64,000 bases of DNA from Chiloscyllium plagiosum (Eukaryota), in assembly GCF_004010195.1 (NCBI RefSeq), contig NC_057723.1, positions 49,917,940-49,981,939 on the forward strand, read 5' to 3'. A program made the translations under genes and the position numbers. Numbering within the stretch: position 1 is the stretch's first letter; each line of letters begins with the position of its first letter. Of this stretch, positions 51,573-61,867 are shown piece by piece. The notes beneath the pieces are model-generated. The model had not been told where the DNA came from. It did no database searches and saw only the letters and a program-made list of their open reading frames with translations.

Positions 51573-51784
51573 GATTTGGAGATGCCGGTGTTGGACTGGG
51601 GTGTACAAAGTTAAAAATCACACAACACCAGGTTATAGTCCAACAGGTTTAATTGGAAGCACTAGCTTTCGGAGCAATGCTCCTTCATCAGGTGATCACC
51701 TGATGAAGCAGCGTCGCTCCGAAAGCTAGTGTGCTTCCAATTAAACCTGTTGGACTATAACCTGGTGTTGTGTGATTTTTAACT
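51573..51784. mobile_element. Young palindromic Penelope-type insertion with two hammerhead motifs
   Basis: Arms 51609-51695 and 51696-51784 with no spacer (centre ggtga|tcacc); 12-bp TSD with one mismatch (aattgaagtttt 51561-51572, aagtgaagtttt 51785-51796). Confidence 0.85.
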
Positions 51785-53502
51785 AAGTGAAGTTTTATTG
51801 CATTAAAGAGTTCAGATCAGTCATTACCATACACAAAAGAAAAGTAGTTCATATTTCTCTTTTTTTTTCATTTTGCCATTTGTCAAACTTCTGTGGTGCT
51901 GCACACAGGTTAGTAAGACCTGATGCAAAATTCATGTTAGAATTAGTGGGCATGCACAGAATTGAATCAAGGTATGCACGGAGGAGACGGATAGGAGGGG
52001 AAGAGATGGAGGAGAGAATGGGAGAGGTGGAAGTTAGAGAAGAAGATCTGCGACAAGTGAGTAAGAGACATGTTAGAGGAGCATGGGTTAGAGAAATAGG
52101 GAACCATAAATGAGAGACTGGTAAGATGGAAATGCAGAAGAGAGAAATTTGTGGAATAAGGGAAGACATGGGAAGCCAAAAAAAGTGCTTTAGTGACTGC
52201 CAAAGGAGTGTAATAGGTGCAACAGATAAATGGAGAGGGAAGGCAGCATAGACCAGAAGAACTAGTCACGGTGAGAGAAGTTGGAGCATGTTTTTCAGGT
52301 GAAATTCATGCAGCTAAAATTATATGTAACCCTGCAGGTATAGGATGGTGAAATGTGATGTTTATAACCAAATCAAATCTCAAAGTTGATGGCATCGTGG
52401 AATATTTAGACACTGCCTCAGCTGTCCTGTTTGAGTATTTACGTATGTTTTCTTTTGCTGGAAGAGAGATGAGTGGGTATCCTTACTGATGCCTCTGAGG
52501 TAGTAATGCCATTGATGAAATTAACCTTGTGTTGTAATAATTTGTGGTTGTAAACATGTAAACAGGATCAGCTGAAAATAAAACAACTCTAAGTATTTAA
52601 GACAAAAAAACCTACAGGCATCAGTTGAATTAGTCACATTTTTCAATGTCTTTTGAAATAACTGTTGTGAGCCACATTACTTTTATCCTTTCTATGTGTA
52701 AAAAAATTAACACCTGAATGTGTGGATAAGCTTTCATGTTATAAGATATACTAAATAACTTTTTCAAGACTTCACAACATTCTATTTTTCCTTCTTTCTC
52801 CCTTTCGAAGGCTATGACTGCTCATGATGTAGTGTCCCAAGGGCCCTGATGACCTTAGAAGATCTGACCAAATCATTTGCACAATCTTTTGTGTGAGCTA
52901 AGATGGTGGCTGTTGTCAGGTTACTCAACCATAACAAACATTATAATGAAAGCTAATTGTACCCTCACTTGATATTGGAACACACACACACTTTGCACTA
53001 ACACACGAGAAGAAAAGGAAGCAAAAACCCTCATCATCCTCCCACATCGCTGGTTGTAAGTGAGCAGAAGCAAAATGTAGGAATTGGTTAATGTTGTGTC
53101 TGTCACTGGCTCCAAGTCATGCATCAAACCCAATTGCCTTTGTGTCTTTAGCTGTAAGCTAAATTCGCACAATTTTCTTGCCGAATTTTTTGAGTACAAC
53201 ATCCAGTACTATTATCATTTGTGCTAATCCAGTTAAGTGTCTATGTTTGTCATCCTATTTGAATAGTTTACAACATAGAACTGTGCTTGATGAACTATGT
53301 TTATTAAACAGATTTAGAAACTACAGCTGTACAAAATGGCCATTCAGCATTTGTACCATTTTTAACAATTCCAAAAGGAGCTATGTACTGCTCCTAAAAT
53401 TTATCAATATATTTCGATTCATGTACAAGTTTTTTTTTTTAAAAAATACTATTTTAAAGTTATTGTTGATTAGAAGTTATGGCTTTACTTAAATTTCCAC
53501 AG

Positions 53503-53599
53503 AAATGGCAGTCAGGACAAATATTCATACAAGAAACAAATTTGGAAGGAAGAGAACTTTGAAAAAGCAAACCAAATGAACAAAAAGAACAAAGCCATA
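53503..53599 (+). CDS. PPARGC1B: PPARGC1B exon 9 (97 nt, phase 2-0)
   Basis: tttccacag|AAATGG...GCCATA|gtaagt; encodes (R)NGSQDKYSYKKQIWKEENFEKANQMNKKNKAI, ending in the family-conserved KAI just before the RRM. Confidence 0.88.
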
Positions 53600-54384
53600 G
53601 TAAGTATTGAAGATAGAGCACATGGAGTTGAACGTTGACTGTTTTTACACATGGATGGGAACTTTCTCAACTCTTGAGCTCAGTGGGCAACAGCAAGAAT
53701 TGTGGGAACATGTGGTGAGTTTGAAACAAGGTTGAAGAATCTTGCTGTTGAGAAAAATAGCTCCAATTTTCCCCTCACTTAAGGTTTCAATGGCAAGTTC
53801 TGAGTCTCACTAATAAGTAGCAACTACCTTATTTCAATGCATTTGCATCTAATTAATATTCAAAATCAGCTCAGCTTTATGCAACTTGCAATTCTCCCCT
53901 TCTCTGCCAAGAAACTAGACAACAACTGTTCCTGACTTAAACGTCAGAGTGGTTACTGCTGCTTCCTTCTTCCCTGAAGATGGTATTGGAGAAGGCCGCT
54001 ATCTGTTTTCAGGCCCTTGATATCTGGTGCCTTGGCTTCCTCTTTGTAGAGGATGGCCCTCCTCTTGAACACCACCATCCACCAGAACCTCTGGGTATCT
54101 GTCTGGAAAGTGGGCTGCCAGCTTCACTTTCTGAGTATGTCAGAATGTTCCTGTAGCAGTGGCAAATTTTCTCTCTCCTGCATCATGATTGCATGAGAAG
54201 GATGTCAAAGAGGCCAGTTGCATAAATTAATAAGGGAAGGTGTGAGATATAGTGTGTAGAACGTGGCTGAGTCATGATGGGATACCTGCCTGAAAATAGC
54301 ACTTAACCTAAAAATGAGAAAATTCAGCCCATTTACTTTAGACGTGGGCTAGTGGGTGCTTTAAAGCTATCATTACTTAGAGGC

Positions 54385-55355
54385 ATACGATCATAGAGAG
54401 AGACAGCATGGAAACAGACATTTCAATCCAACTTGCCCAAGCTGAGCATATATCGAAAATAAATCTCATACCATTTGCAAGCATTTTGCCCATATCCCTC
54501 TAAACCCTTCCTATTCACATACCCATCTAGATGCTTTTTAAATGTTGTAATTGTACCAACTCCACTACTCCCTCTGGCAGCTTGTTCCAAACATGCACTA
54601 CCCGCTGCATGTAAAAGCTGCCCTTTAGGTTCCTTTTATATCTTTCTCCTCTCACCTTAAACCAATGCCCTCTAGCTTTGGATGTGCCCACCCTGGAAAA
54701 ATGACCTCATCTATTTACCCTATTCATGCCCCGCATGACTTTATAAACCTCCATAAGGTCACCCCTTAGCCTCCGACACTTCAGGGAAAATAGCCCCAGC
54801 CTGCTCAGCCTTTCCCTATAGCTCAAACCCTCAAACCCTGGCAACATGCTTGTAAATCATTTCTAAACCTTTTCAAGTTTCACAACATCCTTCCCATTGC
54901 AAGAAGACCAGAATTACATGCAGTATTTGAGTAGGGGCCTAACCAATGTTCTGTACAGCCGCAAAATGACTTCCCAATTCCTATACTCAGTCACTGACCA
55001 AGAAAGGCAAGCATACCAAATGTCTTCTTCACTATCCTATCTACCTGTGATTCCTCTTTCTAGGATTTATGAACCTGCATTCCAAGGTCACTTTGTTCTG
55101 CGACATGCGCCAGGACCTTACCATTAAGTGTATAAGTTCTCCCCTGATTTGCCTTTCCAAAACACAGCACCTCACATTTATCTAAATGAAACTTTATCTG
55201 CCACTCCTCAACCCATTGGCCCATTTGATCAAGATCCTGTTTTACTCTGAGGTAACTTTCTTGGCTGTCCACTGCACCTCTAGTTTTGGTGTCATCTACA
55301 AACTTACTAACCATACCTCCTACAGTCACATCCAAATCATTTATACAAAGGACTA
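54385..55355 (-). mobile_element. CR1/HER1-type LINE 3' fragment
   Basis: ORF 55060..55335 (SKFVDDTK...QDLDQMGQWVEEWQIKF..DKCEVL.FG) is RT (FADD-like); colinear with the 22.1 kb copy. Confidence 0.92.
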
Positions 55356-57149
55356 AAACAGTTATATTTATTAATTATTGCTTCACTAAACCTACAGATG
55401 GGAGAGCAACACAAAAGGTTAAAAAAAAGTTGGCAAAACTCCCCGGCTCCATTTTCCTTCACCCAGACCTAATCAGAAAGGCCACCAACTTGTTCTTCAC
55501 AGGCCGCTAGTTGCCCTCAATAATTCTGCCAGAATATCTGACCTGGCCTCCTCTCCCCTACACCAATACTATCCAAGGTCCTAAAGAAAATTGCCTTTGA
55601 ATCTTTGGAGCTCATGCCCATTCAACTTGGCTCCTCTTCTTCAAATGCAACCAACTCCTTCTTGGTGGCAGTGATGCCATGGCTCTGCTTAATTACCCAG
55701 GCCTACTCAGAAAAATGGTACAGTAGCACCAGCAGGACTGGGTGGAAGTCCTGTCCTGCCTCAATATTACCAATAAAACGAAAATCCAGCCCATGTCTGA
55801 AACCAATATGACCCTTAATTTTCCGAACTGTTACATTTTCCAAATGCAAGACTATCTACTGGAAGGGCTACTGAAAGGAATTGATGGTACCCTTCATCAG
55901 AATCAGAAAAAAGGAAAGTCAAAATTGACATTTACTTGACTCATTTTAGCAAAATTTTATTATTGTAGTAGGAATTTGATTTTGCTTTACACAACAATTT
56001 TATGATAAAACAAAATATGAATATTTATAGATTCCGATTTTCCCAATACCTCAACCCATTGTAATACATTAGTTTTAGTGATACTGATTAAACCTAGATT
56101 ACTATATCTACTGACAATAAGAAGGGTCACATTCCTCTCCTTTGCCCAAGTAGGATTTGTGTTTGGGTCTCTAACGTTTAAATCCTTTGCGTCAATGGTG
56201 CCCAGCTTTAATCTCAGCACCAACAAGAGACACAGGCTGCATTTAGATAGTAATTGGCTGTGACACTGATCTCGTTCAATGCACATTCATTATTAATTTA
56301 TGAGCACTTAACAAATCCATTCGTGTCAGTTAAGGACGGTGTTAGCATTACTAATTCTGGATTTTCCAAAATTTATTTTAATTATGTTTCTCTGAAGTGC
56401 AGGTGTTTTATGCGAGCATTTTAAAAATATTTAATCATTTTTTTTAAAGCTCTCACCAGTACTCTGTGCTGCAGAGTTCCATATAATGGACATAACTCTC
56501 TCAGAAATCAGCTACACATAATTTTTGGGTAAATCTGCAATGATTCATTTATGCCAACTAGATTAATAGCTTTAAATAGTACATTCTGGCAAAGGTGATC
56601 CTTCAAAAATGGCATGGATGATGAGCTGGGACATAACAGATTTGCAAATTAAGGAAAAACCTATACACAGTTCCTTTATTTGTACAAGTAATAAATGTTC
56701 AAAAGACTGAAAGAAGAAATGCAGATGTTGGTGGCTGTAGATAATCTTGTGTTTCAGGAGAATTCAGGGTTTTGCCAGCCAGGAATAAGATTGTTACTTA
56801 AAACGTAGCTGTAATTACAGTACTTATTTTAAAAATAATATAACTTAAATGAAGTAGACAACATTTTATAATTTCAACAGACTAAACAAGCCTTCGCAGC
56901 AAAAATTTGCATTTATATATTATATACAATTTATTAAAATGTTTCAAATGCTTCACAAAAATGCTTTCAAATAAAGTTTGGCCTCAGATTACATAAGGAA
57001 CTGTTAGGACAGATCATTTGACTTAAAGAGGTAAATTTTAAGGAAGGTCTGAAGAGAGAGGGAGGCCATTTCAGACATTCCGTTTTCAGCAGTGAAATCA
57101 CAACTGCTAATCATGCATGATTAAAGTTTGGGATACACAAGTTTTTTAA

Positions 57150-57475
57150 AATTTATTCATGGGATGAAGGTGTCCCTGGCGAGACCAGCATTTATTGCCC
57201 ATCCCTAATTGCCCAGGGAGTACATAAGAATCATCATATTGCAAGGGATCTGGATTCACATGTAGTCCAGATCAGGTAAGGGTGGCAGTTCCCTTACCTA
57301 ATTGACATTAGTGAACCAGATGGATTTTTCTGACAATTGACAAAGGATAATAGACTCTTAAATTCCAGATTCTTATTGAATTTAAATTCCACTGCCGTGG
57401 TATGATTCAAACCCTGGTCCCTGGGTTTCTGGATTAACAGTGCGGCCATTGTATCACTAGGTGATTGCCTCCCCT
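57150..57475 (-). mobile_element. tRNA-derived SINE with an L2-like tail
   Basis: tttattcatgggat...ccagcatttattgcccatccctaattgccc...ttcaaaccc...gcctcccc; reverse complement of the 41.1 kb family. Confidence 0.7.
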
Positions 57476-59085
57476 AAGTGACTAGAATTGAAGGACTGCA
57501 GAGATGTGTAAGGATTGTAGGTTTGACGATGGTACAGAAATGTGGAGCAGGACCATGAAGGGATTTGATGAGTTTTCAAATCAAGGAGCAGCCAACTTGG
57601 GTTTCAGTGATGGCTGGCAAGCATATGGTGATGGGTGAATAGGACTTTTGGCGGGATCTTTCCTTCTATGGAAGTGGCCGGCTCAATGGTAGCAAGGGCA
57701 AAGAACTGGGCAGTTTGGCACTGGGGCAGTAACCAACCCCTTCCCATCTCCCACTTCATCAATTAAATACTGGACAGGAAGGTCCATAATAAATTAATGA
57801 CCAATTAAAGGATCTCTGTCCATCTCTAGTCCAGTTACCAGCTTTTCAGACAGGAAAAACAAAAATGACCTGCTGACTAAGGTTGGATTGGCAGCCTAAT
57901 TTACCCCTATCAGAGTTTGCAAAGGCATTTTTTCCCTTTATCAGCCAGTTCCAAAGACATACCCAACTGAGTTTACCACTTGTTTTCACACAGTTGCTCT
58001 CTCCTCCATTGTTCCAACTCACTCATGACCCTTCTCCCTTCCTCCATTAATTCAATCTTGACCCCTTTCAAGCAGTCTCACAATTCCAGCACCTCTCTCC
58101 TCCAAGGTTGCACACATTTTTCCATACAATTTCATTTGGTTTCCTTCACTGCGCTTGCTCCCCAAACACCTTGTTTGATACTTCTTGACTCACAATTATA
58201 ATTTAAATATGCCACTTTTAAAATAACTTGGCTAAAATAGACAGAGGAATGCCATATTAGAAACATTCATGTGCTAATACAAACAGTAATTTCTAGCCTG
58301 ACAATCACCCAAATAACAGGTATCAATATGTGACATAAAGCCTGTGATGTAATCATTGAAGGTTCAGTGATGATTGTAAGCAGCTCAGTCTTTGGTGCTC
58401 TGGTTCAGGATCTAATCTGAAACTTTTCATTAGATTACTCCTCTGTATTAACCAATATTTTATAAAACAGTAATGGTAAGAAAAAATTGTTCCAGTCACT
58501 ACTCTTTTATATAAGCAGTTCATTATATTAACTTTGAAATTTAATTAAAATAATATTTTTTCACTTGGTATCAGTGTTTTTAATCATTTGCAAAAGTAAA
58601 GAAATTATCAATGTTTTGTGAGTCAACCTGGAAATTACCTGGAATTGCTGACTACTGTTTATTATCTTTTGTTATGACTATCCAAATTCATTTCATATAG
58701 GTCAACACCAATCTGCTTTCATATAAATCCTTTAAACAAAGCAAAATGTTCCAGGTAATTGCATGCAACAGAAAGAGGATTTTGAAAACCATCATCATGA
58801 ACTAATTTCCAATTAAGTTTCTGAAATGAAACCTATTCTAGTTCCCAGTCCCTATGCAGCCCTTATTTTTAAAAATGTGTCTAGCCTATAATCTTATGCA
58901 GGTCAATCATAATTTTAGATGCTAAAGACAGCATGAACATGTCGATCACGTACACTAACAGGAAAACAATCTGTTATTTGCTGACCAAAAAAAAACAAAA
59001 AATTTTAATGAATTAACACATGTCAGGGAAGTGCTGAACTGAACGAGATTTTACAAACAGCACCAAATTGTTTTTGCTTGTTCAG

Positions 59086-59207
59086 GATGAATGTCGTATT
59101 ATCTACGTTGGAAAGCTAGCATGCAATATAACTCAAGCAGAACTAAAGCGTCGCTTTGAAGTCTTTGGAGAGATTGAAGAATGCAAACTACTTGGTCAAG
59201 ACAGAGG
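59086..59207 (+). CDS. PPARGC1B: PPARGC1B exon 10 (122 nt, phase 0-2), RRM N-terminal half (RNP2)
   Basis: gcttgttcag|GAT...AGAGG|gtaaga; encodes DECRIIYVGKLACNITQAELKRRFEVFGEIEECKLLGQDR(G). Confidence 0.96.
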
Positions 59208-59334
59208 GTAAGAATTTATTAATCAGTTCTGCATATTTCTATGCATGTCTTTTTTATGCTAATAGAAGATGGTGCATGTTTTAAATTGCAACATTATTTT
59301 CTGTTTTAATACAATCATATATTTTCAAATGTAG

Positions 59335-59486
59335 CGACATGTATGGATACATCGCTTATCGCTACAATGAGGATGCTGCTTTTGCTCTCAAGAATGGACA
59401 CAATTTGCAGAAGCAGAATGAACCTGCCTTGCAATTGTGCTATGGAGGACTCAGACGATTCCGGAAAGCCAGTTACACTGACCTGG
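59335..59486 (+). CDS. PPARGC1B: PPARGC1B exon 11 (152 nt, phase 2-1), RRM C-terminal half (RNP1)
   Basis: aatgtag|CGAC...CCTGG|gtaagg; encodes DMYGYIAYRYNEDAAFALKNGHNLQKQNEPALQLCYGGLRRFRKASYTDL. Confidence 0.95.
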
Positions 59487-60366
59487 GTAAGGGGACAAAG
59501 CAGTCCTTGTACTTTTCTGAATATAATCAATGAGGAACATTGCTCTATGTTTTGAGGTGTTGATTAGAAAACAAAATGCCAAATATATTCTGGCTGAAGG
59601 ATATTTAATTTAGAACCGTTCATTTCAAACTATAATATATGAAAAGTAAAATTAGCATTTGTACTTTGTCCCTCTCCTCCATTACCAAAATTCAAGATTT
59701 TCCCAATGTTTTCCATAATTTTGGTTTAATTGTTCAGGTGCTATTCTCCAGAAGATAGTTCAGATCTGATGGAAATAGTTCTGACCTACATTTTCAGTGA
59801 TATTTGATCTATCTCTATTCTCTTTATTTGTCTGCATTGTTTCTAAGTGAAAGAGTTCTGCTTCCAAACCTCTGCCATTTTGATGTTATGGCATTTTAAT
59901 ATTTGCATTTTCATGAAAGTGTATAAAGTAATCCCTTTAATTATAAAAAGTGTTCACCAGAATACAAATTCCTTACCAATGGATTTTGCTCATGGTTCAG
60001 TAAATATTATGTGTACTCTTTACGAAAAGATCGGTAAATGCGTACATAGATGAGTTTAATCTGCATTTATTGAGTCTTAATGAGTAACATTAACAAACTC
60101 CAGGATAGTTGAAAGAATGATCTTAATCAGTAGGCTGCTGAAAGACATTGGAATATGCAATGGAAATTTGTATGTAGCAGATTAACCTTGTATTAACATT
60201 CTGATATTTTCTGTCTCAAAGATTACACTTTGGTCAGTAGGTAAAGTGCTGGAACTAGAAACATAAGCAAAAATTGTCATCTTTAAATTCTTTTGGACTT
60301 CAATTAAATCTGCCTTAGTTTATGAAGCAGAAGTAAGAGAACTAAAAATAACTTGTTTAATTTTAG

Positions 60367-60470
60367 ATTCCAGCGCAGAAGACCTGGAGCCTGCTCCAAT
60401 TAAAAGCAAATATGACACTATGGATTTTGACAGCTTGCTGAAAGAGGCACAGAAAAGCCTGACTAGGTAA
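60367..60470 (+). CDS. PPARGC1B: PPARGC1B last coding exon (exon 12), through the TAA stop
   Basis: ttttag|ATTCC; encodes (D)SSAEDLEPAPIKSKYDTMDFDSLLKEAQKSLTR*. Confidence 0.96.
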
Positions 60471-61710
60471 CGGCCTTATATCTACTGCCTACAGAGGATG
60501 CCACAATACCTCAATCAAGGCACTTTTCATTTGTTTACCTCTGTCCAGTAGAACGGGACATTGTCCTTTTACAGTGAAACAAAAATGAAGTTTACATGAA
60601 CCAAGCTGCTTCTGTCTGTGATTCTTTGGGTAGATGTCAAATGTCACAAGTTTGGGCAGTTTAGTAGAACTACTGCTCTTTGGTTGTTGTGTTCCCATAA
60701 GTATACATTCAATAATAGTGGAGTTGCAGCTGTGTTCACCAATTTTAATGTCTGTAGTTTGGGATACCGTGTTAGCATAATGGGAATTGGGGTTAAACAC
60801 TCGGGTGTTTTACATGTTTTATGTGCTGCATTTTAAAATGTAATAGTTTACATGTATTGAAGCGTTTTCTGTTGTAATTTATTGTGTGCTTCCATTGTTT
60901 CAACTATGCACTGTAACTGTAGCCTTGCCTTTTCAGTCCTGAAATTTCCTAACCAGAAATGTTTACATGTAATATTATAGACCTTACTATCATTATAGTG
61001 AATTAACATATCTAGGTTGACAAAGCTGTACTGTAAGTCATTGATTAGGTGCATATCAAGAACAATTTATACCTGGGTGCATGAGTGATAATTCCATTAA
61101 TTGGTGGGATCATCAGAATGTTATAGCTATAGCTGATGAATTAATCTAAGATCATATACTGACAAAAAAAAGAAGAAATTATGGTTTATTATTGTTTCAG
61201 TATGTGTGCAATTCATTTAAAATGTGAGTGGGAAGGTATGGGGAGTTCAGATTAAGAAGCATGATTTTTCTTTCAATTTTTTAATTTTTGGAACGCCTTA
61301 CTTGTTTAATTACTGTTTTATAATTAGATTTTTCCAAGCAGTTAAAATATAGTCCATTTTTGGTAATCTAATGTATTTTATTTATGATCTTAAGATTAAA
61401 ACTTTGGAACCTTATACCTTTCCACGTCAGCTTTAAGTGTGATTAAATAAGTCTCTAGCTTCTAAGCAAATGGCATATTATGTATTTTTTAAATCATATC
61501 TTATAGTTTCCTAGAGAAGTAATTCAAATCACAAACTGTATTAAACATTATATTTTAATGTCTTGTAAATATGTTTAAACCTTCTGAAAGCCCCTTTAAT
61601 GCACTTGTTTACATTAATAAAAATCGCAGAATGTAACCACACTCTTTTAACAATTGTATTTTATTTTTCAATATTTCAATGATTTGCTACTAAATATAAA
61701 TAGCAATAAA
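60471..61710 (+). promoter_or_regulatory. PPARGC1B 3' UTR with candidate poly(A) signals
   Basis: AT-rich stretch with no recognisable TE after the stop. AATAAA at 61616-61621 and 61705-61710 with T-rich sequence downstream; Pumilio-type TGTAAATA at 61564-61571. The true 3' end is not determined. Confidence 0.6.
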
Positions 61711-61867
61711 ATAATGTAGGAATTGATTTTTTGTACTAGTTCAATTCTATCTACTGACCTATCAAACTTAATCATAAACATAGTAGTTGTTTACTCTTGC
61801 ACAATTTAGCATTCTATCATGGTTTAAAGACACATTCAAAAGTATATTTAATATGGTCGCTTATATG

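Larger units (their letters stand above)
36945..61710 (+). other. PPARGC1B: PPARGC1B (PGC-1beta) gene body, exons 2-12 plus 3' UTR; exon 1 not seen and probably upstream of the window
   Basis: Eleven exons with AG/GT boundaries and compatible phases join into 3306 nt with no internal stop. Beta-diagnostic motifs: [110 protein letters not shown], a C-terminal RRM and MDFDSLLKEAQKSL. There is no RS-domain exon, unlike PPARGC1A. Confidence 0.93.

Noticed and set aside
51544-51729. ORFs sharing KNHTTPGYSPTGL.GSTSF (also 32918..33259)
   Set aside because: These are translations of the same non-coding repeat, not a peptide gene family.
51609-51784. Pre-miRNA (for example miR-378) or CRISPR-like structure
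   Set aside because: It is TSD-flanked, multi-copy and TE-derived, has no recognisable miRNA, and there is no repeat-spacer array in this eukaryotic DNA.
51787-52269. Overlapping ORFs of 100-108 aa
   Set aside because: They arise from purine-rich low-complexity intronic sequence; no recognisable domain or splice structure.
52811-52919. Possible extra exon in intron 8 (pyrimidine tract plus AG), equivalent to the alpha RS exon
   Set aside because: In the required phase it reads CTA TGA (immediate stop), has no RS content, and exons 8 and 9 already join in frame.
53640-54331. GC-richer segments ending in aaaattcagccc-like termini (also ~55.4-55.8, ~42.9-43.3 and ~18.2-18.7 kb)
   Set aside because: Probably old non-autonomous DNA elements, but I could not define matching TIRs or TSDs, so they are not annotated.
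36945-60470. Calling the gene PPARGC1A or PPRC1
   Set aside because: It has the beta-type [29 protein letters not shown] and VRRSLRLNP motifs, a 12-exon layout, no RS exon and no long proline-rich region.
60465-60472. Stop codon context AG|GTAAC resembling a splice donor
   Set aside because: The protein already ends at the family-conserved C-terminus and no downstream coding exon is evident.
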